A stretch of DNA of 47,849 nt from Octopus bimaculoides. Its lineage: Eukaryota. The stretch spans positions 31,400,617 to 31,448,465 of the forward strand of contig NC_069002.1 of the NCBI RefSeq assembly GCF_001194135.2, given 5' to 3'. This document shows positions 1-10,500 of the stretch, one piece after another. Position numbers and translations under genes: made by a program. The notes under the pieces were generated by a model. That model ran no database searches. It was not told the origin of the DNA and saw only the letters and a program-made list of their open reading frames with translations. Each line of letters starts with the position of its first letter. Position 1 is the first letter of the stretch.

Positions 1-63
<63 letters not shown>

Positions 64-99
64 TACATGTATATATACGTACATACACTTTTTCTTTGT

Positions 100-390
100 A
101 TGTGTCAGTCATTAGGCCAAAGCTATACTGAGGCACCACCTTTAGTCAAACAATCTGTTCCCAGTACCCTTTCTTTTTAATTTTAAAACCTAATAATTAG
201 TCTATCAGTCTCTTTTGTCAAACTACTAAGTTATGAGGAGCTTCTTTCAGTTTCCGTCTACCAAATCCACTCACAAGGATTTGATTGGCCCAAAGCTATA
301 GTAAAAGACACTTGCCCAAGGTGCCATGCAGTGGGACTGAACCCAGAACCTTGAAGTTGGAAAGCAAGCGCTTTACCACACAGCCACGCT
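100..390 (-). mobile_element. SINE family A copy (tRNA-like head, CCTTGGGCAAG CORE-like motif), degenerate
   Basis: Reverse complement of the family seen intact at 30418-30822 and 46757-47130. Confidence 0.8.
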
Positions 391-399
391 GTCCATATT

Positions 400-535
400 C
401 CCTGATGTCATGGGCTGGACAGTTTGACAGGACCTAACAGATCAGGAGTAAGCCAAATTCCAATGTCCATTTTGACAATTTTTTATGGCTGGATATGCCC
501 TTCCTAGTATCAACCACTTTACAGAATGCACAAGA
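400..535 (-). mobile_element. Degenerate copy of SINE-like family C
   Basis: Contains GCTGGATATGCCCTTCCTAGTATCAACCAC, the reverse complement of the family C core GTTGGCGTTAGGAAGGGCATCCAGC. Confidence 0.55.
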
Positions 536-639
536 CCCCTTGATTGAGGTTGGTGTAGCATACAACAAGCCTACAAAGTTGCACGGAACTGAATCAAACT
601 TAATAATATTCCTTGCCACAGATTATCATTAAATGTTCT

Positions 640-915
640 CATTTGAAACTGCTAATGGACATTACTTAACCGTATTATCCACTCGATCACGGAACTATGT
701 AACACAAACCCATCTCAATCTGATCCTTCCCTCATTTTTGACAATCTGGAATATTCTAATAGCCTCGACTGGAAATATTTCCTCATTTTTACATCTCTCT
801 GATGATGGAATACTCAGCCTGATTATTCTAGAAACAGCTGTAACCGACTTTATATTCTCTATCCAGATTAAATGTCTTTTTCAAGTGACGCCAAATGTTT
901 TCTTTTTCCATTTTT
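640..915 (+). mobile_element. Probable Penelope-like element 3' relic (pseudo-LTR with hammerhead)
   Basis: Hammerhead core with a short palindromic stem III, a form known from Penelope-like elements. Upstream sequence is only weakly GIY-YIG C-terminus-like. Confidence 0.5.
791..850 (+). ncRNA. Type I minimal hammerhead ribozyme motif, stem I eroded
   Basis: CTGATGA 799-805; stem II TGGAATA 806-812 with TATTCTA 824-830 (7 bp, one G.U); GAAA 831-834; stem III AC-AGCT-GT; triplet GTA 840-842. Confidence 0.65.
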
Positions 916-918
916 ACT

Positions 919-1080
919 TTAACCCTTTCGTTACCAACCTGGCTGAAACTGGCTCTGGCTCTGTAGTACAAATGTCTTGTTTCCATAAGTTTTGAATTAA
1001 AATCTTCCACTAAACCTTAGTCACAATTAATGTTCCTAACATTAGCTTAATAATAACTAAGTTATTTTAGTAAATTCTTA
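919..1080 (+). mobile_element. piggyBac-like MITE 5' fragment (TTAA-CCCTTTCGTTACC end)
   Basis: TTAA 919-922 followed by CCCTTT, the same terminus style as family F. The other end was not found. Confidence 0.45.
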
Positions 1081-1138
1081 GTGGTTTAGTAAATTCTTGG
1101 AGTGGTTTGGCATCTGGAAGGCCATCCAGACGACGATG

Positions 1139-1169
<31 letters not shown>

Positions 1170-1180
1170 CGCGCATATAG

Positions 1181-1365
1181 TGGCACGTAAAGGCACCCAC
1201 TACACTCTCAGAGTGGTTGGCGTTAGGAAGGGCATCCAGCTGTAGAAACTCTGCCAGATCAGATTGGAGCCTGGTGTCGCCTCCTGGACCACCAGTCCTC
1301 AGTCAAATCGTCCAACTCATGCTAGCATGGAAAGCAGACATTAAGCGACGACGATGATGATGATG
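1181..1365 (+). mobile_element. SINE-like family C copy with (GAT)n tail
   Basis: Near-identical to 5168-5326 and to the reverse complement of 18360-18590. Ends in a GAT microsatellite, as RTE-partner tails often do. Confidence 0.85.
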
Positions 1366-1386
1366 AAATATATATATATATATAAA

Positions 1387-1645
1387 GCTACTGTGGCATC
1401 CACCAGTCTCGAAGGACCATTGTGGATCAGCATAAGGAGAATTGTGCCAGCTGCTGATGGCAGTGCAGCATCTGGTGTGGCTGCACAGGACCACACAAGA
1501 GTGGTACTCTTGCATGCATCGGCTACATTTGAAGAAACTCTCCTCCAGCGATACTGCATTCTCCTTTCTTCAGTGGAAAGTTCCAGTTTCCTTTCCGCTT
1601 GTCTCATACCCTTGCATAATACTAGTCTCCAGCATGGACAATCAA
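1387..1645 (-). mobile_element. RTE-clade LINE 3' end relic
   Basis: Minus-strand frames give WRLVLCKGMRQAERK...EERR and C..CMQEYHSCVVLCSHTRCC, matching the RTE C-terminal CxxCxRxCxSxIGLxSHxRxC motif. Followed by a short 3' UTR ending GAGACTGGTGGATGCC. Confidence 0.65.
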
Positions 1646-1648
1646 TCA

Positions 1649-1957
<309 letters not shown>

Positions 1958-2139
1958 TTAAATTCAATTCTAGTTTCATCAGAAGACAATTTTTTAGATG
2001 GATCAGAAAGAAAATTGTTAAGATTCTGAGATAATTCTAGCTCGGCTATGAAAGCTGTTGCTATGTAATGGCGACGACGGTGGCAACTTTCAAATCGGCA
2101 ATGGTTATAGTGGTGAATAGTAAGCTGTTGGTAGCAGTG

Positions 2140-2222
2140 ATAGTATTATTATTATTAGTAGTAGTAGTAGTAGTATTGTAGTATTAGTAGTAGTAGTAGT
2201 ATTGTAGTATTAGTAGTAGTAG
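2140..2222. repeat. (TAG)n/(TAT)n compound microsatellite
   Basis: Direct reading of the sequence. Confidence 0.9.
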
Positions 2223-2514
2223 AAAAGGTAGGGGTATGTAGAAGCAGTAGATGGCAACAGCCGAGAACGGTCGATTAACTGGGAAATAACTATTTCTGTC
2301 ATTCATATAATGGCTGTAGCAGGCGGGGAGAAAAAGATAGAGAAAGAGAGGGGGTAAAAGAGGTAAGAAATGTGAGGGGGGAAAAGTAAAATCTGGTTAA
2401 GTGACTGTCCAAAAACAGGAAAAACTGAAAAAAAAAAAAAGAATCGGAATTATCTCCCCTGGCACACGTGCAGATTTTGGGTTGTGTGAGGTTTACAGAT
2501 AATTGCATAGAATA

Positions 2515-2708
2515 AGGAACTATATGTACACACTAACTCGTTATATTCACAAATGAATACACAATCACGCACCAGCTACATATAGACAACTACACGCATA
2601 CACCAGTTATATACGCATGCATAAGTTACATATAGAATTGCACACACACTTATACAGAGAAATGAATTCATGAACGTAGTACCAATTCAGTTACATACAT
2701 ATAGGGAA

Positions 2709-2745
<37 letters not shown>

Positions 2746-3130
2746 GTAGACATTCAGTTACACAGGAAACTACAGACGCACACACTAGTTAGTTAAATAT
2801 AGGCTATGAACCACACGCAGTCTGTTGCATATAAGAAACTATACACGCTCAGTTACATAAAGGAAAACACCATCATCCCAGTTATAGTTAGAAGATACTA
2901 CACACATTATATATTAGATATAGATATGTGTGTATATACACATACACTAACTATCTATATAACCTAACGCATACAACAGTTAATTACATATAGGGAACTA
3001 CACACAAGTTACGTAAGTGTTGCTATATTAAGGGATAACACCCTACCACCAGTTATACACGTAGTTACAAGGGTACTACATACACCAGTTAGAGTTGCAT
3101 ATAGGCACCTAAGCACACACAGGTATTGTT
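2515..3130. repeat. Degenerate minisatellite with recurring CAGTTACATATAGGGAACTACACAC-like unit
   Basis: Variants of CAGTTA(C/T)ATA and GAACTACACAC recur more than ten times at irregular spacing. Confidence 0.6.
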
Positions 3131-5167
3131 ACAAGATAAATATTTTATATTAAGAGTGGGGCATAGCACAAGCAATGAAATAGCTATGTAGTTACTCGAC
3201 GTGCTAGAAAATTTATTGCTTACTTATCGTAAGAAAAAAGACATTCACACGACCAGAATACCTTTGTTGATTGACATAGGTGCACTGGGTGAAGGTTTTT
3301 TTTTTTTTTTACCTGGGTTTTAAACATGTAAATGATGTTTAATTGATCAGCCTACCCAAGACTCCTTATCATCCACCTATTTTATAGTCTCTTATTTCAG
3401 GGGTTTATTTTTACACCAGTTTCATCGAGTGATATATTAAATGTGAGGAGGGGAGAATATCATATTTTTATATAACGAGTCTTGAGTCATTCTACCACTT
3501 GGGTTAGTGAAGATATTAACCTGCTTATGGTACCTGGAAGAAATTTTCCAAGAAATACCAGGCTAACCTCCGACACCGGATACGTCTGGAGTGGACCATA
3601 ATGTTTAAGACGTCTGAAGACTACTCAATATGGTGATGATAACTTAGATGTGGCCCGGATAAATGGCCAACAGCATTGGCTTCTATTTCTTCCGATATAT
3701 GACGAATGGCTACTAACTGCTGGAAATAAATATTCAATACTGATTACATTCGTTGTCGCCATCATACAGTCTGAAGTAATACCTAATTTGCAGGACCACG
3801 CCAGCACCTTATAGCAGTCTAACCACACCCTGTGATAGCACCGACTGTGCATAGCAACCACCTATAGCCCCTATCATACAGTCTAGCCGTACCTAGTTTG
3901 CTACCACCTTGTAGCTTTCTCGTACCGTCTATGGCAGTAATTAGCTTTCAGTTTGACATTTTTGTTTACCTTGCGATAGCACGCTGGTGCGAGTGTGCGT
4001 GTACTTTTGGGTTTATCAACAAGTACACCATTTAGTGGTACAAGTGCAGAGTTTACTGTTTTGACTACTAGATACTTTCGTTATTCACCTAAACTATTTG
4101 CGCGCGCGCAGTGTGATCAACAAAAACAAAACCGGCGATCTTTCGGTATGAGTCCTAAATATCGGCCTTTTCTGTAAAAAGTGTCTTCGGCGATCTTTAC
4201 CAAAGATCGGCCTTTTCCGTAAAAAGTGTTAGAGAGAAACAGGGAAACGACGTCATAACAGCGAAAGACATACAGAGAGCGCGATTNNNNNNNNNNNNNN
4301 NNNNNNNNNNNNNNNNNNNNNNNNNNNNNNNNNNNNNNNNNNNNNNNNNNNNNNNNNNNNNNNNNNNNNNNNNNNNNNNNNNNNNNNNNNNNNNNNNNNN
4401 NNNNNNNNNNNNNNNNNNNNNNNNNNNNNNNNNNNNNNNNNNNNNNNNNNNNNNNNNNNNNNNNNNNNNNNNNNNNNNNNNNNNNNNNNNNNNNNNNNNN
4501 NNNNNNNNNNNNNNNNNNNNNNNNNNNNNNNNNNNNNNNNNNNNNNNNNNNNNNNNNNNNNNNNNNNNNNNNNNNNNNNNNNNNNNNNNNNNNNNNNNNN
4601 NNNNNNNNNNNNNNNNNNNNNNNNNNNNNNNNNNNNNNNNNNNNNNNNNNNNNNNNNNNNNNNNNNNNNNNNNNNNNNNNNNNNNNNNNNNNNNNNNNNN
4701 NNNNNNNNNNNNNNNNNNNNNNNNNNNNNNNNNNNNNNNNNNNNNNNNNNNNNNNNNNNNNNNNNNNNNNNNNNNNNNNNNNNNNNNNNNNNNNNNNNNN
4801 NNNNNNNNNNNNNNNNNNNNNNNNNNNNNNNNNNNNNNNNNNNNNNNNNNNNNNNNNNNNNNNNNNNNNNNNNNNNNNNNNNNNNNNNNNNNNNNNNNNN
4901 NNNNNNNNNNNNNNNNNNNNNNNNNNNNNNNNNNNNNNNNNNNNNNNNNNNNNNNNNNATTCCGTCCCCACCCCCAACATGTTGCCCTGTCGCTTCCCCT
5001 CATACTTTCATAACCCTTCTTTTCGCATGAAGGTAATGCGGGTTACTAAATCTCAAACTCAGAAATATCCTCTTGTTATTGAGTTGTTCGTAAATTCACA
5101 CTTGCGGACACACTATAATTGTATGTGTAAAAACTTAATTCGAGTGTCAAGTTTAATTTCAATTTAT

Positions 5168-5326
5168 CACTACACTCTCGGAGTGGTTGGCGTTAGGAAG
5201 GGCATCCAGCTGTAGAAACTCTGCCAGATCAGATTGGAGCCTGGTGTAGCCATCTGGTTCGCCAGTCCTCAGTCAAATCGTCCAGCCCATGCTAGCATGG
5301 AAAGCGGACGTTAAACGATGATGATG
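5168..5326 (+). mobile_element. SINE-like family C copy
   Basis: High identity to 1198-1360, with a GAT tail. Confidence 0.85.
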
Positions 5327-5493
5327 GAACTAGTTCTCAGATGAAATAAGAATATAACCGATTTTCCTTTTTGCTTCTTACACATGAAAACTTATTTCAC
5401 GGGTCTCAACCTAATTCATTCTATCAAAATAAATATTTACTCTATTGAGGACACTTAAGTTCACAGACAAAAACACAAATCAAAAGATATCAT

Positions 5494-5770
5494 TTTGTTT
5501 CAGTCATTAGACTGCGGCCATGCTGGGGCACCACCTTTAACCGAACATATCGACCCTAGTACATATATTGTAATGCCTGGTGATAATTCTACTGTCCTCT
5601 TTTGCAGAACTGCTAAGTTACGGAATGTAAACACACTAACACCGGTTTTCCAGTGGTGGTAGGGAACAGACACATAAATGTCTCCCTCTCATATAAAGTA
5701 GGCTTCTTTCAGTTTCCGTCTATCAAATCCACCCAGGGTGTCATGCAGTGGGACTGAACCCGGAACCATC
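5494..5770 (-). mobile_element. SINE family A copy, internally deleted
   Basis: Contains CAGTCATTAGACTGCGGCCATGCTGGGGCACC and GCAGTGGGACTGAACCCGGAACC. Confidence 0.8.
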
Positions 5771-5942
5771 CTCACGCATTAACACAATAATAATCTGTCA
5801 TTCGAGTCAGGTCTGTCAATGTTGAGATTAACTTACTCGTTCTTTCACTAAGCACGGACGGAGCTTGCATATAACGTAAACCCGTAATGACAAATTATGG
5901 TCACTGCCTGTATCCTCCGTCCTTTGGATACAGGCCAAGACC

Positions 5943-6159
5943 GGTACTACTAAAGCAGCACGGTCCCGAGCGCACGTCCGCGCTAGCTAGTCGTGAGTGG
6001 TCGATCCTAGCCCTGACCCTGTCACTAACCCTAACCCTAACCCGCGTGTGCAAATGAATACGTGTTTAGGGTTAGGGTTGGGGTTAGGATCGACCACTCA
6101 AGACTGGCTGGCGCGGACACGCGACTGCGCGTTCGGGACCGTGCTGCTTTAGTAATACC
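5943..6159. mobile_element. Foldback MITE, Merlin- or Mutator-like, with (TAACCC)n in the arms
   Basis: Almost wholly palindromic. Termini GGTACTAC...GTAATACC. Perfect 9-bp TSD GCCAAGACC at 5934-5942 and 6160-6168. Confidence 0.85.
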
Positions 6160-6172
6160 GCCAAGACCTCAC

Positions 6173-6263
6173 GGCGGAGGTAAAGAATACGTACACCACC
6201 CGTTTTCGGTGTAACAAAATCCTTAACCCTAACTCCCGAGTGTACGTATTCTTTACTCTCGCC
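6173..6263. mobile_element. 91-bp hairpin MITE, Merlin-like
   Basis: TIRs GGCGGAGGTAAAGAATACGTACAC and GTGTACGTATTCTTTACTCTCGCC. Perfect 8-bp TSD GACCTCAC at 6165-6172 and 6264-6271. Second copy at 35269-35353. Confidence 0.85.
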
Positions 6264-6566
6264 GACCTCACTTTCTTATCACCTGGGATNNNNNNNNNNN
6301 NNNNNNNNNNNNNNNNNNNNNNNNNNNNNNNNNNNNNNNNNNNNNNNNNNNNNNNNNNNNNNNNNNNNNNNNNNNNNNNNNNNNNNNNNNNNNNNNNNNN
6401 NNNNNNNNNNNNNNNNNNNNNNNNNNNNNNNNNNNNNNNNNNNNNNNNNNNNNNNNNNNNNNNNNNNNNNNNNNNNNNNNNNNNNNNNNNNNNNNNNNNN
6501 NNNNNNNNNNNNNNNNNNNNNNACGGTTTGTCATTCACGAGGTTTGTTTGTTTTTTAATCTTAGTC

Positions 6567-6855
6567 AAGGGGTTTTCAAACTGGTCCGCGGACCACAGGG
6601 GGTCCGTAAGAAGACAGGGGGCCCGTGGACAGCAAATACTTTTTATGGGCAATTTGATTTTATATATGATTTTTAATCGAAATCTTTTAATTGACAATAA
6701 ACCTATTTGTTAAATACTGTTAAATAAATAAATGTAAAAATGTTATTTTAAGCAAATATTTATGTATAAATTTCATAAGCGTTTATAAGGGGGTCCCTAA
6801 GGTAAAGCCTGAAATATAAAAGGGGTCCGCAAGTCAAAAAGTTTGAAAACCCCTG
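6567..6855. mobile_element. hAT (Charlie/Buster-like) MITE
   Basis: 16-bp TIR (C/A)AGGGGTTTTCAAACT and AGTTTGAAAACCCCTG, subterminal GGGGTCC repeats. Both 8-bp flanks have a central TA, but the TSD is degenerate. Confidence 0.75.
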
Positions 6856-7975
6856 GCCTAAACCATGAGGAAGAAGGAAGGTGTCCTCAATTTTCTTGCG
6901 GTAACATGAAACCACGTGGTTGGGAAACGGACTTGATGGCTACAATCTTGCACTCTCGAGTGACTTCCCTGAGGACTCTTGTTATTACTGTTTCTGTACC
7001 ATTTTCAACAATGCATATTACATGAACTAAATATTGTTTTAGAACACAGAGTGAGGTGGTGGTGGTGGTAATAGAGGTAGTTAGAGTACAAACTTATAGA
7101 AGGAAGTCCCGTCCTGGATAGGTGCTTTTACAGAGAAGATATGGATGAGGGGGAGAGAGGAAGAGAGTGAGTGAGAGGAAGAGAAAGGGAGCGGGAAATA
7201 AAGTTTGAGAAAATCAAAGTTTGAGGAAGAGAGACGAAGTTTGAAAAGAGTTTGAGAGAAAGAATAAGAGTTTGATAAAGACCGAATGTTTGAGAGAAAC
7301 AAGGTTTGAAAGTAGTTTGAGGAAAAAAAAATAGTTCGATAGGGACAGAATGCTTCAGAAAGAGATAAAATATGAGAAAGTTTGAGAGAGAAGTACTAAC
7401 AGAAAAATGTTAAAGAAGCGAAAGAGAATGGGGATAAATGGGGTGATAAAAGAGGGGCAAGTCCCAGCCCAGATGAAAGAATGTCTTTACGACATCGATT
7501 TACGGTAAGCGACATCACATGACCCATTTCTATAGCAACGTTATGCCGCGTTATAAATGTTGGTCGTACAACATTATAGCTTTGCCTTCATGAAATTTGA
7601 CACAACGCGACTACTGGGAGTTGTTGACCTTAACGGCATGCAGGGGAGGGGCAGGATCTATGCAAAAAGAAAAAAGAAATAGCAACCAAGTCTACCTGCT
7701 ACAAAAATAAAATGTGAAGGACATACAGGACTATGAGTTAGGCCAGATTATATACAGACAAAGAGGAGGGAGGTGGCTGTCACGGCAGGAACCCGTTTCA
7801 AACGAAAATATGTCTTCTTAGTGTAATCTAGCGGGGGGGAAAAACGGTAACCAAAACAATTTAACAAAAATGAAAGTAGGTTTAGTTTACCCGAGCATTT
7901 AACTGGTACTGTGGGTTTGTTTTTTTTTGTGGTGTGTGTGTGCCTACGAGTGTTTTATATATTACGTGTATCACA

Positions 7976-8135
7976 GGTGTGGTTGGTGTGGTTGAGAAGC
8001 TTGTTTCCCAGTCATGAGGTGTCTGGTTCAGTCCCACTGTGCGACATCTTGGGTGTCTTCTTTACTATAATAGCCCCGGGCTGACAAAAAGCCTTGTGAG
8101 TGAATTTTATGGCTGACAAACGATGAAGACGCATG
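7976..8135 (+). mobile_element. SINE family A head, degenerate
   Basis: GGTTCAGTCCCACTG B-box region and AAAGCCTTGTGAGTG. Confidence 0.65.
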
Positions 8136-10383
8136 CATATATATCCATGTGTTTATGCTCCATAATTTAAATCTAATGCAAAAAATTACCAGACTGAAAT
8201 CCTGCTGGGGCATGGCCGCTGTTCAAATAAATAACTGAATTCAATAAACGAATAACTTTTTTTTTCTTCTTTAAACACAAACTGACATTCGATAGCCGAG
8301 CACATGGCGACAGCAGCAGCCTGCTGTAAGCCAGCAGTCCACCTGGTTACACATTTATATAATGCCATGGATCTGATACAAGCCAACTCAGACAGAGCTA
8401 GAAACAACAGCCAAATATTACCTAAATCGTTCTTCAATGAAGGCAATGCTGGTGTAACTACCAGACTACTTCAGGAGGAAGGAAAAAGCGAGGAACTAGG
8501 TGAAGCTTCCTTTATATTTATTTCTATATTCCTGCGTTTTCACCCAACAGGAATTACGATGAAGGAAAACCATTACATGTGAACAAGTTGGGAGGGGGAG
8601 GAGAAATGATGAAGTAATTATAATATGAAAGGCATAACTACAGATTGATGCTCCCGCTCTTCTAAGAAATGCATTTTGGGGGGGGCCAACTTTATTGCGA
8701 TGATGCTGATAAAATTCAGAAAGCGAATAAAAAAAAAATCGGGGCGGGATATTCGAGGCTGTTTCAGCACTTCAACATCCTTCACTCCCCCCCCCCCCAG
8801 ATGTTTCAAACCCATAATGTACACCTTCGAAAATGTTATCTCTGCAAAATTTCATTTAGAAGTATTATAAAGAGATTTATGAGGAAAACAAAGACAGGAG
8901 GGAGAGTGTTAGGAAGTTCTTTTAAATAAAAACAAAGAAAAACATTGTCATGAACATAATTGTAATATAACCTCCTAAAAAGCAAATAGATTTCAATGAA
9001 AAAAATATAAGTTTTTCAGAAAATTACAAGATAAAATCGAGTGGGGCGCCAAACTGTAGTTATGCCATATATGTAGTACTGTAGTAATAATAAAAAATCT
9101 CTCAGCTATTGTATTGTAAGGTGAAAAAAATACTTGGAATTGCCATGGCCGTGTGTGTGTGTACATAAAGAGTCAACAGATGACCCCGAGAGAACCTCAA
9201 TTATAGAAAACACTTTAAATTTCGTCCCCCATCCCAAACCTTTACGGATGTTCAAACTGAACCCGTATCGATCACACAGGTATTGGAGAGCCTGAGGTCA
9301 TTGCTGGGATTCATCCAGAGATTTTCAACAAAAAAAAATAGTATGTAGAAGATAATTTACTTTAATAACATTTTTCTATTAGTAATTTTTTNNNNNNNNN
9401 NNNNNNNNNNNNNNNNNNNNNNNNNNNNNNNNNNNNNNNNNNNNNNNNNNNNNNNNNNNNNNNNNNNNNNNNNNNNNNNNNNNNNNNNNNNNNNNNNNNN
9501 NNNNNNNNNNNNNNNNNNNNNNNNNNNNNNNNNNNNNNNNNNNNNNNNNNNNNNNNNNNNNNNNNNNNNNNNNNNNNNNNNNNNNNNNNNNNNNNNNNNN
9601 NNNNNNNNNNNNNNNNNNNNNNNNNNNNNNNNNNNNNNNNNNNNNNNNNNNNNNNNNNNNNNNNNNNNNNNNNNNNNNNNNNNNNNNNNNNNNNNNNNNN
9701 NNNNNNNNNNNNNNNNNNNNNNNNNNNNNNNNNNNNNNNNNNNNNNNNNNNNNNNNNNNNNNNNNNNNNNNNNNNNNNNNNNNNNNNNNNNNNNNNNNNN
9801 NNNNNNNNNNNNNNNNNNNNNNNNNNNNNNNNNNNNNNNNNNNNNNNNNNNNNNNNNNNNNNNNNNNNNNNNNNNNNNNNNNNNNNNNNNNNNNNNNNNN
9901 NNNNNNNNNNNNNNNNNNNNNNNNNNNNNNNNNNNNNNNNNNNNNNNNNNNNNNNNNNNNNNNNNNNNNNNNNNNNNNNNNNNNNNNNNNNNNNNNNNNN
10001 NNNNNNNNNNNNNNNNNNNNNNNNNNNNNNNNNNNNNNNNNNNNNNNNNNNNNNNNNNNNNNNNNNNNNNNNNNNNNNNNNNNNNNNNNNNNNNNNNNNN
10101 NNNNNNNNNNNNNNNNNNNNNNNNNNNNNNNNNNNNNNNNNNNNNNNNNNNNNNNNNNNNNNNNNNNNNNNNNNNNNNNNNNNNNNNNNNNNNNNNNNNN
10201 NNNNNNNNNNNNNNNNNNNNNNNNNNNNNNNNNNNNNNNNNNNNNNNNNNNNNNNNNNNNNNNNNNNNNNNNNNNNNNNNNNNNNNNNNNNNNNNNNNNN
10301 NNNNNNNNNNNNNNNNNNNNNNNNNNNNNNNNNNNNNNNNNNNNNNNNNNNNNNNNNNNNNNNNNNNNNNNNNNNNNNNNNNN

Positions 10384-10500
10384 GAGGCAGTCTCCACTCG
10401 AGAGAAAGAGAGGCAGTCTCCACTCGAGAGAAAGAGGGGCAGTCCCCACTCGAGAGAAAGAGACAGCTCCCCACTCGAGAGAGAAAGAGGCAGCCCCAGC
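10384..10500. repeat. 26-bp minisatellite GAGGCAGTCTCCACTCGAGAGAAAGA
   Basis: About four copies, increasingly degenerate to the right, abutting a gap of about 1 kb. Confidence 0.85.

Noticed and set aside
3625-3861. Minus-strand ORF with faint CR1/L2 RT-like wording (HRVWLD...KLGI)
   Set aside because: Too few conserved residues to support a call.
6026-6088. Telomere or chromosome-fusion relic (CCCTAA/TTAGGG in opposite orientations)
   Set aside because: The units are short, internal to a TSD-flanked MITE, and oriented by its palindromy.
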